From positions 96,001 to 160,000 of the forward strand of contig JAXGNR010000006.1 in the NCBI GenBank assembly GCA_040767965.1: DNA of 64,000 nt, in the 5' to 3' direction. Below the pieces are notes generated by a model. The model worked only from the letters and a program-made list of their open reading frames with translations. It searched no databases and was not told the origin of the DNA. Shown here in pieces: positions 48,742 through 58,059 of this stretch; position 1 is the stretch's first letter, and the number at the start of each line of letters is the position of its first letter. Origin of the DNA: Atribacterota bacterium (GTDB taxonomy: Bacteria > Atribacterota > Phoenicimicrobiia > Phoenicimicrobiales > Stramentimicrobiaceae). Made by a program: the position numbers and the translations under genes.

Positions 48742-49476
48742 TCATATCCCGATTGACAGCCTTTCAGCCAGAAAAGAAGGCAGGTTAGCTTTTGTTATTT
48801 TTTCTTGGGTTTTAGAAATTAAGTACTTTATCCTGCATATTTCCACACTTAACTGTTCTGTGTCAAATAATACATAACATGCCTGAGGGTTTCTATCTCT
48901 TGGCTGGCCAACACTACCACAATTAATCAAATAGCTATATGCTGGTTTTAGAGGGATTTTTATTCCCTCAATAGCACTGTAATAATTTATAGTCTTATCT
49001 TTATGCCGAAATGCAAAATAGCCTGCAATATGACTATGTCCGATAAAGTAAATTTTAAAATTGAAAGAGGTAAAAATTTCCTCTGCAACCTGCTTATCTA
49101 AAACATATTCCCATAAAGGTTGCCTTGGGCTTCCGTGTACACCTAAAATATCTTTAGCAAGGGTAGTTTTTAATTTAAGTCTGCTTAAATAATCAAGATC
49201 AAAATCTTTAAGTCTGTCTTTTGTCCATTGTAAAGAACTTTTCGCATCCTCACTGAAATAAGTTAAACTTAGTTCTCCAGTAATAGCGGCTTCATGATTA
49301 CCTTTTAGACATAGTGCTTCCAGACTTCTTATTTTTTCAATACAAAAAGAAGGATCAGCTCCATATCCTACAATATCACCAAGGCAAACAATCTGGTCAA
49401 CATCTTCTATTTTTTTTAGCACAACCCGTAGTGCTTCAGCATTTCCATGAATATCAGAGATAATTCCTATCTTCAA
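48742..49476 (-). CDS. Calcineurin-like metallophosphoesterase
   Basis: SDIHGN, GDIVGYG, GNHE, HGSP, GHSH and GSVGQPRD motifs. Confidence 0.92.
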   Translation of the reverse strand: MKIGIISDIHGNAEALRVVLKKIEDVDQIVCLGDIVGYGADPSFCIEKIRSLEALCLKGNHEAAITGELSLTYFSEDAKSSLQWTKDRLKDFDLDYLSRLKLKTTLAKDILGVHGSPRQPLWEYVLDKQVAEEIFTSFNFKIYFIGHSHIAGYFAFRHKDKTINYYSAIEGIKIPLKPAYSYLINCGSVGQPRDRNPQACYVLFDTEQLSVEICRIKYLISKTQEKITKANLPSFLAERLSIGI

Positions 49477-49571
49477 AATAGAAAACCTCTTTTCTCAATA
49501 GAAATTATTTACTTTACAAGCTGTAAAAATTTTTATAAATTATGGTAGCAAAAAAGTTATTTTTCAAATCC

Positions 49572-50771
49572 CTACAGGATTACTGAAAAAAATTCTTTAA
49601 CTTTTTCTTTATGATGTCCTTTAAAGATAATCTGATTATTTGCAATAGCCTTTTCTAAAAAGTTATTGACAGGTTCTTCAAGAACGATCTTTAGCTGTAT
49701 CTCACATTGTTGAGTGGCTTCTAAATATTCTATTATTTCTCCTTCTGCACAATAAAAGTTATCTGCATTGCTATTTAATTTAAAAATAGTTATCGGGCTT
49801 TTTGTTGCCTTGCCATAAATTGTACTGCCTAATCCAGATTCAAAATGGTTTTTTAACAAAAGCTCTTCATGGATATTCATAGGAATAATACAATTAGAGA
49901 ATATAATTTCATTTTTTTCCTGGTCTATACAAACCGGCTTAACCATGAAAACAGTTTCACCGGTTAGCTTGTTAGCCACAAGCATAGAAACAGTAGAGGG
50001 AACATCTCCTTCACTCCCGGCTATTATTCCTTCCTTGTTCAAGAAGGAAAAAGCTAAACAGGCAGTGTTTTTATAAAAGCTTAATAAATCGTAAAGACTA
50101 ACTGTCAGAGCATTGAATTTGTATTCCTGTGCTAAATTTTTTAAGCCCTGGTAAATTCTTAAAGATTGTTTTAGAACATCTGGTTCAAAGTTAAATTTCG
50201 ATAAGTCTCTATCAAATTCAACATCACTATGCCCTATCAGGTCAATATGTCTGATCATTTCTTCTATTGGAATATCAAAAACTCTTATGCCAAGTTTTTT
50301 TCTGATTGCATTGTAATCAGCACCACTTGCAATAAGCCAGTCTGCAGGTTTTCCTAAAGCTCCTACCTGAAAACGACGACAATTTTTTTTGGTGTTAAAT
50401 ATCTGCTTCAAAGTTTTTAATCGTTGTGCAATTATTTTTGTTGAACCGTGCAATATTTCAACTTTTTCCCCTCTTTTTTTTAAATACTCCCTTATTTCCA
50501 GGGCAGCAGGTAAAGAATTATATTGATAACCTGCCATTAAAATATAAGGAGCAGGGAATTGCTGATAAATTCTTTTAAATTTTTCTTCCACTTCTCCAGA
50601 TTGAATCATAATTATAGGTAAAATAGATTCTTTTTTGATATCAGCAGGATTAATGTTGACTAATGGTTCTTGTAAGTATTCTTCAATGGATTTTAAAAAA
50701 GAATCTGAAGTTTCACTGATTAGTTTTTTATCACCTACATCAGAAATTAAATTATAAATACCAATTTTCAA
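49572..50771 (-). CDS. L-fucose/L-arabinose isomerase-like protein, possibly degenerate
   Basis: NSLPAALEI, DWLIAS, TACLA, EGDVP and HFESGLG motifs of the short FucI-like family. Confidence 0.7.
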   Translation of the reverse strand: MKIGIYNLISDVGDKKLISETSDSFLKSIEEYLQEPLVNINPADIKKESILPIIMIQSGEVEEKFKRIYQQFPAPYILMAGYQYNSLPAALEIREYLKKRGEKVEILHGSTKIIAQRLKTLKQIFNTKKNCRRFQVGALGKPADWLIASGADYNAIRKKLGIRVFDIPIEEMIRHIDLIGHSDVEFDRDLSKFNFEPDVLKQSLRIYQGLKNLAQEYKFNALTVSLYDLLSFYKNTACLAFSFLNKEGIIAGSEGDVPSTVSMLVANKLTGETVFMVKPVCIDQEKNEIIFSNCIIPMNIHEELLLKNHFESGLGSTIYGKATKSPITIFKLNSNADNFYCAEGEIIEYLEATQQCEIQLKIVLEEPVNNFLEKAIANNQIIFKGHHKEKVKEFFSVIL

Positions 50772-50847
50772 AAATATTCTCCTTGTTATTTATTTTGTTG
50801 GAAATTTCTATCAAAAGCAAATTAAAAGATTTAAACAAAATCAAGAA

Positions 50848-52653
50848 CTACTCCCCTACAATTGCTATAGCTGTACCACCTTTGCCAATATGAACACTAA
50901 GAGCAGGGGATCCTTCCGCAATAAATATTTCTGCTTTTGGGAAAAGCAATTTTAATTCTTTTTGATACCATCTGGCTAATTCAACATCTTGAATATGGGC
51001 AATGCCAAAACTGGGGCTTTGGACACTTTTACCAAATTCACTGGATAGTTCTAATGTTTTTGCTAATAACTTTTTATGTCCAATTACCTTTGCTGCTTCC
51101 TCAAAAGCTCCTTTATTGTTAAGCGTGATAACCGGTTTTAAATGTATCATTGAACCTATAATTCCTTTGATTTTGTCCAAACGTCCGCTCTTTACCAGAT
51201 ATTTCAAGGTCGGAATACTAACAAATATCTTACTTCTCCTGATATGGAGTTGTAGTTTTGAGATGATTTGATTTGCTGTAAGTCCTTCTTCAATCATTTG
51301 AGCAGCTTTTATTACTAAAAGACCCAGGGCAACAGTACTTGTCTTGGCGTCTATAACTCGAATTTTGTCTTTATATTGGCTAGCGGTACTTGCCATACAG
51401 GCAGCCTGATATGTTCCGCTAAGTTTACCTGATATATGAATGGAAATTATTTCATCACTTTCTTGACCAACCTTTTTGTACATATTTTCAAAATACTGAA
51501 ATGGTGGTTGAGATGTGGTAACATGGCAATCAGTTGTTTCTAAATAATCAATTACTTCTTTTGTAGATATATTAAAACGATCTAAGAAATTTTTTTGATT
51601 AACATGAACTGCAATAGGAATCAGTTTGATATTGTATTTTTCTATTAAATCATCTGGTAAATCACAAGTAGTATCTGTGACCAATGTGATTCTTTTTGAG
51701 GTAGTTTTTTTGCCAGCTCTTTCTGTTTGCTCCCACATATCATCAACTTTGGTTTCTATTACCTTCCCCAGGGCACTAACCTGAGAGATTATAAAATCGG
51801 GTTGATTGGTATGAATGTGAACTCTTATTTGTTCATTTGAGCCTGCGATTACTTGTGAATCACCCAAATCATGCAATCTTTGTTTTAATAAATTCTTATC
51901 TAAATAGCTACCTTCGATTAAGCATTCTGTACAATATCGATATTTGACTTTTTTATTAGAATATTGAAAGTTTATTTTTTTTGATTTAGACAGAAATTCA
52001 TCTTTACTATTATTAAATGTCTTTAATTTACCATATTCAATAAAATCTACAATCCCTTCCAGTAAATTTACAAATCCTTCTGCCCCAGCATCTACTACGC
52101 CGGCTTGTCTTAATATTCTCAATTTACTGGGAGTTTCCAGTAAAGATGTTCTGGCTTTTTCAAGTGAATGTTTAAATAATTCAACAAAATCAGGAGTTTT
52201 ATAAGAAAAATTATTTATAAAATATGCCCAATCTTTCATTACAGTTATGATAGTGCCTTCTCGCGGATTGGCGATTGCCATTCTGGCTTGCTCCACAGCC
52301 TTTACTGCAGCTTGAGAAAAAGTAACAGTTGTTAGACGATTCATTCCACGTGTTGCTTCAGCTAATCCCTGGAAAAACTGAGCAAGGATTGCACCTGAAT
52401 TACCTCTGGCTCCTGATAATGCAGCTTTGGCAATTCGCTGTATCATTTCCTCAAATGAATTCTTGTGATAGCTCTGAACTTCTGTAACGATATTATTCAT
52501 AGTGATTGCCAAATTAGTACCAGTATCTCCATCGGCTACCGGGAATACATTTATATCATTGAGGTGATTTTCAGTTTGATTAATTCTTTGAGCTGAAGTT
52601 ATGATAAATCTTTTAAATCGTACCCCATTAATATATTTAATTTGTACTTTCAT
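50848..52653 (-). CDS. DAK2 (FakA-like)-DegV (FakB-like) fusion, fatty acid kinase
   Basis: INVFPVADGDTGTN, ARGNSG, VVDAG and VHIH, followed by DegV motifs TDTTCDL, TSQP, SGKLSGT, GRL and HIG. Confidence 0.9.
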   Translation of the reverse strand: MKVQIKYINGVRFKRFIITSAQRINQTENHLNDINVFPVADGDTGTNLAITMNNIVTEVQSYHKNSFEEMIQRIAKAALSGARGNSGAILAQFFQGLAEATRGMNRLTTVTFSQAAVKAVEQARMAIANPREGTIITVMKDWAYFINNFSYKTPDFVELFKHSLEKARTSLLETPSKLRILRQAGVVDAGAEGFVNLLEGIVDFIEYGKLKTFNNSKDEFLSKSKKINFQYSNKKVKYRYCTECLIEGSYLDKNLLKQRLHDLGDSQVIAGSNEQIRVHIHTNQPDFIISQVSALGKVIETKVDDMWEQTERAGKKTTSKRITLVTDTTCDLPDDLIEKYNIKLIPIAVHVNQKNFLDRFNISTKEVIDYLETTDCHVTTSQPPFQYFENMYKKVGQESDEIISIHISGKLSGTYQAACMASTASQYKDKIRVIDAKTSTVALGLLVIKAAQMIEEGLTANQIISKLQLHIRRSKIFVSIPTLKYLVKSGRLDKIKGIIGSMIHLKPVITLNNKGAFEEAAKVIGHKKLLAKTLELSSEFGKSVQSPSFGIAHIQDVELARWYQKELKLLFPKAEIFIAEGSPALSVHIGKGGTAIAIVGE

Positions 52654-52885
52654 AATATATTAATCACCTATTTATAAATAAAATAGACAACTTGGACGAT
52701 TTTAAATCAATTTTATATTAATGACTAATACTATTATATATCTTAATTATATTTTTGGCTATTTTCTTTAAAAATAAAAATATAAAGTAAACTATTCATA
52801 TAGGATTCCTACTTTAATAGTAATTTATTGAAGTGTATTTTGCAACAAATAAACCTAACAAATTCGTTTTAAGAATTGGTAATAT

Positions 52886-52939
52886 AAAAAATACTGAGGG
52901 GCAACGATGGATTATAAAGCTCATCATTTCCCCTCAGTA
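52886..52939 (-). terminator. Intrinsic terminator after glnA
   Basis: TACTGAGGGG ... CCCCTCAGTA followed by a T tract on the minus strand. Confidence 0.75.
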
Positions 52940-53007
52940 CAGGTAAGTTTATTAGAATCTATTTTATTTATACAATTATTTTTTTGTTTTAAAATACCTA
53001 AAAAATC

Positions 53008-54336
53008 TTAAAAAACAGACAGATATTGTTCTAATTCCCAGGGATGAACGCTAATGCTGTAATTTTCCCATTCCTGGTATTTTGCCCTGAGATAATTTTG
53101 GAATATATGTTCTGTTAGACTGCCTTGTAATGCTTTATCTTTTTTTAACTCTTCTAATGATTCTTTAAGATTGCTGGGTAAATTTTCTATACCATATTTT
53201 TTTAGTTGTTTTTCATCCATTGCATAAATGTTTTCACTAACCGGGTCAGGTGGCATAATTTTTCTTTCAATGCCATCCATGCCGGCTGTAAGTATTGCAG
53301 CAAAAGATAAATAAGGATTACAAGAAGGATCAGGAGATCTCAGCTCAATTCGTGTACCATCTTTTCTGGCAATTGGTATACGAATCAACGGGCTGCGATT
53401 CCTGTGGGACCAGGCTATATATACAGGTGCTTCATATCCTGAGGTTAAACGTTTATAAGAATTTACCAGAGGATTAGTTATTGCTGTTAGTCCTTTTGCA
53501 TGTTTCATTAATCCCCCGATAAAGTAAAGAGCTTCCTGACTTAACTGGTTTTTGCTATCCGGATCATAAAAGGCATTTGTACCGTTTCTAAATAAAGAAA
53601 TGTTGGTATGCATCCCATTTCCGGCAATACCAAAAACCGGTTTCGGCATAAAAGTAACATGCAGATTATGCCACATTGCAATCGTCTTGCTGGTTAATTT
53701 TAACACCATGATCCGGTCGGCAGTAGTAATGCCATCTGAATATTTGAAATCTATTTCATGTTGCCCAGGACCAACTTCATGATGAGAGGCTTCTATTTCA
53801 AATCCTTGTTTTTCCAAAGTAATTACCATATCTCTTCTAATTTCTTCACCCAAATCTACCGGAGAAAGATCAAAATAACTGGCTTGATCATTAGTACTGG
53901 TGGTAGCTTTGCCTTGTTCGTCTCTGCCAAAAATATAAAATTCCATTTCAGGTCCAAAGTTGGCTGTAAAGCCTTTTTCTTTCAAATTAGCAAGAACTCT
54001 TTTTAGATTGGTTCTGGCACAACCAGCAAAAGGGGTTTTATCAGGATTGGTAATATCACAAATAATTCTTGCTACATCTCTTTCTTCCTCCCAGGGATTT
54101 ACCATAAAAGTGTCATAATCAGGCTTTAAATACATATCAGACTCCTCTATTCGGCAAAATCCTTGCACAGATGAACCATCAAACATAATCTCCCCATCTA
54201 AAGCCTTATTTAAATCCCTAACTGGTACTTCTATATTTTTAGGAATACCCATAATATCAGTAAACTTTAATCTGATAAATCTAATTTTTAACTCATCTGC
54301 TTTTTTTAATATCATTTCTTTGGTTTTTTTTGACAT
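53008..54336 (-). CDS. glnA: Glutamine synthetase type I
   Basis: FDGSS, EASHHEV, FMPKP, GNGMH, NSYKRL, GYEAP, NRS and ELRSPD motifs. Confidence 0.96.
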   Translation of the reverse strand: MSKKTKEMILKKADELKIRFIRLKFTDIMGIPKNIEVPVRDLNKALDGEIMFDGSSVQGFCRIEESDMYLKPDYDTFMVNPWEEERDVARIICDITNPDKTPFAGCARTNLKRVLANLKEKGFTANFGPEMEFYIFGRDEQGKATTSTNDQASYFDLSPVDLGEEIRRDMVITLEKQGFEIEASHHEVGPGQHEIDFKYSDGITTADRIMVLKLTSKTIAMWHNLHVTFMPKPVFGIAGNGMHTNISLFRNGTNAFYDPDSKNQLSQEALYFIGGLMKHAKGLTAITNPLVNSYKRLTSGYEAPVYIAWSHRNRSPLIRIPIARKDGTRIELRSPDPSCNPYLSFAAILTAGMDGIERKIMPPDPVSENIYAMDEKQLKKYGIENLPSNLKESLEELKKDKALQGSLTEHIFQNYLRAKYQEWENYSISVHPWELEQYLSVF

Positions 54337-54456
54337 AAACAGTCTCCTTAAAATTATAAACTGAAAAGTAAATTACTTTAAAATATTTATTATATTTGTA
54401 CAAGTATAATAATTAGAAAATTGTAAACCAAAAAATAATATTTTTAATCTTTAATT

Positions 54457-54990
54457 TCATTCTAATAATTTATATTTCTCTATTATTTTTTTTCGCATTT
54501 TGGCAACCATGGTATGAGAAATCCCCATTTTTTTACCTATTTCCCTGATAGTTAGTCCTTTTATTCTTAAATCCAGCAAGATTTTTTCTCTTAAGGATAA
54601 TCTTTTATTAAATTCCTCCTGATACAAATGCTCATCAAAGTTTTGATAAAAAACATCCTGGTTTTCTTCTTTATTTTTATTATTTTTATCTGGTGTACCA
54701 TAAAAAGAATTAGTAGAATCAAGGCTGTTTATCTGTTTATAATTGTCTTTTATGTTGGTTCTAATATGGTTTTTTAGGTGATAATAACATCCCTGTAATA
54801 TGTAGCTGTTATTTTTATTTTTAAGTTTCCCTATCTCATTTTGCTGCCACAAATACAGTAATGCTTCTTGATAAAGATCATCAATATCAATATATTGGTA
54901 TTTAATATTTATTTTTCGGATTATAGCCTTTAATTGATGTCTTATCCTATTAATTATTTTATCTAATTCTCTTTTGTTAGATAATGCCAT
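54457..54990 (-). CDS. Small sigma-70-family alternative sigma factor (ECF/SigH-ComX-like)
   Basis: Region 2 DDLYQEALLYLW and region 4 HTH LSLREK...GLTIREIGKKMGISHTMV; no adjacent anti-sigma gene. Confidence 0.8.
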   Translation of the reverse strand: MALSNKRELDKIINRIRHQLKAIIRKINIKYQYIDIDDLYQEALLYLWQQNEIGKLKNKNNSYILQGCYYHLKNHIRTNIKDNYKQINSLDSTNSFYGTPDKNNKNKEENQDVFYQNFDEHLYQEEFNKRLSLREKILLDLRIKGLTIREIGKKMGISHTMVAKMRKKIIEKYKLLE

Positions 54991-55061
54991 TTTTAAATTC
55001 CTTCATCTATATAATAGATATCATATTGCCATATTATTGATGTCGAACATCTGATAAAGCA

Positions 55062-55114
55062 ATTGCTATTGAATAGCATGGCAATTATAATCACCATCGT
55101 TATTCAATAGCAAT
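55062..55114 (-). terminator. Long inverted repeat between the DHOD-like gene and the sigma factor gene
   Basis: ATTGCTATTGAATAGCATGG ... CCATCGTTATTCAATAGCAAT. Confidence 0.55.
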
Positions 55115-55230
55115 GGATAAGATAACATTTTCAAAATAATTCAGAAAATCAATTCAGAAAATAAAATATTTTCCAGTTTTTATTTTTAATCAACTTTCAA
55201 TCAATTTAATACTAAAATACAATATTATTA

Positions 55231-56220
55231 TTATTTTTTAAAAGCATCAAGCACTTTCAAATAGTTTGCTCTTTCAAAAACAGCCGGTTCTGCTACTGCT
55301 TTTTGGCTCATAACTCCCTGGATCTGTTGAAGGGAGTTAAAATTATGCTTATCTAACCATTTTTCTATATTCTCAAGCATAGTATCCAGATAATCTATTC
55401 CTTTTTCAAGCAGAGAAGAGGTCAGCATAGCAGCATTAGCTCCTACCATAATACTTTTAATAACATCTTCAGCGGTGTGCACTCCGCCTGTAATAGCAAA
55501 GTCAGTATTAATTTTTTTAAATAAAATAGCAATCCATCTGATACGTAATAATAATTCATCTGAACTGCTTAATTTTAATACTGGTTCTACACTCATTATT
55601 TCTAAATCAATATCTGGCTGATAAAAGCGGTTAAATAAAACTAATGCACTGGCTCCAGCCTCAACCAAAGACTTGCCCATATTAGGAATTGAACTAAGAT
55701 AAGGGTGAATTTTTACAGCTACTGGTATCCCTACACTGCTGGTTACTTCATCAACCAGCTTTAAATAATTCTCTTCCACCTGTCTACCATCCATTTCTGG
55801 ATTGGTTGGTAGAAAATAAATATTCAACTCAATTGCATCCGCTCCCGCTTCTTCCATTGAGATTGCATTATTAATCCATCCTCCAACTGACACTCCGTTC
55901 AAGCTTCCTATGACTGGAACCTTTATTTTTTTCTTTAAATCAGATATATATTTCATATATTTCTCTGGTGTTAATTTGTTTTTAAGGGCTTCCTGATAGT
56001 AGTCCAAATACTTCTGATATCCCTTTTTCTCGTATAATAGGAAATGACTTTTTTCTTCTACTTCTACCTGTTCCTCAAACAAGGAAGGCAAAACAATTGC
56101 AGCCATTCCTTTTTTTTCCAACTCTACCACAGTTTCAATTTTTTCTCCCAATGGCGAAGAAGCAATAACTATGGGGTTTTTTAGTTGTAATCCTAAATAA
56201 TCCATAGATAAATCAATCAT
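55231..56220 (-). CDS. Dihydroorotate-dehydrogenase-like FMN protein (DHOD_like subfamily)
   Basis: LKNP..IASSP, PSLFEEQ, ELNIY (no catalytic Cys), LFNRFYQPDID, TGGVH and FERANY motifs. Confidence 0.85.
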   Translation of the reverse strand: MIDLSMDYLGLQLKNPIVIASSPLGEKIETVVELEKKGMAAIVLPSLFEEQVEVEEKSHFLLYEKKGYQKYLDYYQEALKNKLTPEKYMKYISDLKKKIKVPVIGSLNGVSVGGWINNAISMEEAGADAIELNIYFLPTNPEMDGRQVEENYLKLVDEVTSSVGIPVAVKIHPYLSSIPNMGKSLVEAGASALVLFNRFYQPDIDLEIMSVEPVLKLSSSDELLLRIRWIAILFKKINTDFAITGGVHTAEDVIKSIMVGANAAMLTSSLLEKGIDYLDTMLENIEKWLDKHNFNSLQQIQGVMSQKAVAEPAVFERANYLKVLDAFKK

Positions 56221-56299
56221 TTGTTTACCTCCTGAAAATATAATTTAATGGCAATTCATGAAAATTAATTACATATTACGATAGAAATTTTTTATAAAA

Positions 56300-57814
56300 C
56301 TATCTTATTAGGTCTTCTGATCGCTCAATGGGAATACGATAGGTATCAATGATTTTTTGTTGGCTTTTTATTACTTCTTCCCTATTGAGAATTATTTTTT
56401 TATTCCATTTATCTTCAAAAATAATATAAGGATCATCACAATCTTCGATTTTTTCCACCAAATCAGCTATATTCCATATTTTTTGTCCATTAACTTTATC
56501 TATTACCCAGTTGTTTATATTCTGATAACCTTGGTTTACTTCTGCCGCTAAAACCTTTAATAGTAACACTATCTGCTGATCTTCTTTTTCTGGTATATTA
56601 TTCAAAAGATAATATATCAGCTCTCTTGGGGCATTTTGTGCCCATTGAGAACCCCAAATATTCAATAAGTTTTTTGTTAGCGGACAAAAAACTAATCCTC
56701 CATAAATATAATATGCTGGAAATTCCTCATATTGTTCCATGGGAATTAACCGGTCTTTTGTTAAAGATCGGAAAAGATTTAAACTCATTTCCATTTCCAG
56801 GCCATCTCTTAATATTTTTAGATTGATATCTTCTCCAATTTGTTTTTGTTGTATCACATAATTGAGGTTAGTTCTTTCATTAGTACGAAATTCAACAGTT
56901 CCGTCATTGCCAATTTTATAATTTTCCAGAGCCATTAATACGTCACCATTTTGTAAATTTCCATCTGCTGGAGAACCTGGAACAATCTGATTAATCAATA
57001 CTCCACTCATATCCTCATTCATCCGGTAAAATTGGCGTAAATCCTCATTTTCCATATCTTGAACACCTATGCCCAAACTAGGATAACCATCATATCTACC
57101 ATCTTCCAGATCCTGAAAAAAATGCTTTATAACAGGCACTGGTACCATATAGCCAATATTTTGAGCAGAAGGGATCCCTGCCATAACAACACCTACAATT
57201 TTATTATCTACTATTACCGGGCCTCCACTATTACCTGGATTAATAGCTGCATCAATCTGCCCGGCTAAAAAAACAGTTGAACTGTGAACATAAGGCTGAT
57301 GTTCGATTCTTGAAATAACGCCTTTGGTAATACTTAACATATCACCTCCCATGGGAAAACCATAAACTAAAACTTCCTGCTGGGTTTCCGGTAATTCTCC
57401 TAAGGAAAGCTCAGGTTCATTGAGAAAAAAGTCAGGATCATCAACAGTTAATAAAGCTAAATCTGTTAAATGGGATACTGCAACAACTTGAGCATTATAT
57501 CTTTTGGTATCCCCATATTTTCTTACTTGTAAGAAAGTCTGATTACTGACAACATGGGCATTTGTTAGTATTAAATTGTTTTCAATAATACATCCTGATC
57601 CTGAGCTTGATCTTGGACCCTGCATACTCCAGGGATTATAATAATCTGGAGAATTGCTCACAGTGTATACTTTTACTATTGCTTCTCTTATATCTTCTCC
57701 TTCTGCAAGACTTAACAAAGAATTTGATAATAATACAAGCAGCATTACCATCATGATGAACATAAATTTAATTTTTGAAATTCTTAAAGGTAAAAAAAAT
57801 TCTTTCTTTATCAT
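56300..57814 (-). CDS. HtrA/DegP-family serine protease with PDZ domains (Deg2/Deg9-like)
   Basis: LTNAHVV, DLALL and DAAINPGNSGGP catalytic triad; N-terminal TM/signal; GGAGG before ATG 57814. Confidence 0.9.
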   Translation of the reverse strand: MIKKEFFLPLRISKIKFMFIMMVMLLVLLSNSLLSLAEGEDIREAIVKVYTVSNSPDYYNPWSMQGPRSSSGSGCIIENNLILTNAHVVSNQTFLQVRKYGDTKRYNAQVVAVSHLTDLALLTVDDPDFFLNEPELSLGELPETQQEVLVYGFPMGGDMLSITKGVISRIEHQPYVHSSTVFLAGQIDAAINPGNSGGPVIVDNKIVGVVMAGIPSAQNIGYMVPVPVIKHFFQDLEDGRYDGYPSLGIGVQDMENEDLRQFYRMNEDMSGVLINQIVPGSPADGNLQNGDVLMALENYKIGNDGTVEFRTNERTNLNYVIQQKQIGEDINLKILRDGLEMEMSLNLFRSLTKDRLIPMEQYEEFPAYYIYGGLVFCPLTKNLLNIWGSQWAQNAPRELIYYLLNNIPEKEDQQIVLLLKVLAAEVNQGYQNINNWVIDKVNGQKIWNIADLVEKIEDCDDPYIIFEDKWNKKIILNREEVIKSQQKIIDTYRIPIERSEDLIR

Positions 57815-58059
57815 TGATATCCTCCAATTGTTTATTAAAAAGACCACACTTACTATATCTGCTAAAAGATCATTTACAAAGAGTTTATTCAATTTTATTA
57901 ATTTTTTTCTTTCTGAGCAAGAAAATAGATAAAATACCGCCATTTTTTATTTAAAATATTTAAATCAGGTGTTATAATCAAAAAGTTAATTAATATATTA
58001 TCTAACTATCTAAAATATTTATAATAATTTTACCATAAATAGCTTGAGGATGTCTTTAA

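Noticed and set aside
35144-52919. Identical loop GATTATAAAG in the dctP hairpin and the glnA terminator as a REP-like family
   Set aside because: The stems are unrelated and there are only two copies of an AT-rich 10-mer.
54365-54379. AAAGTAA-A-TTACTTT palindrome upstream of glnA as a GlnR, TnrA or NrpR site
   Set aside because: Matches neither TGTNA-N7-TNACA nor GGAA-N6-TTCC; short and AT-rich.
55231-56220. Canonical pyrD
   Set aside because: Lacks the catalytic Cys/Ser motif (ELNIY) and has no pyrK or pyr neighbours; fits the DHOD-like subfamily.
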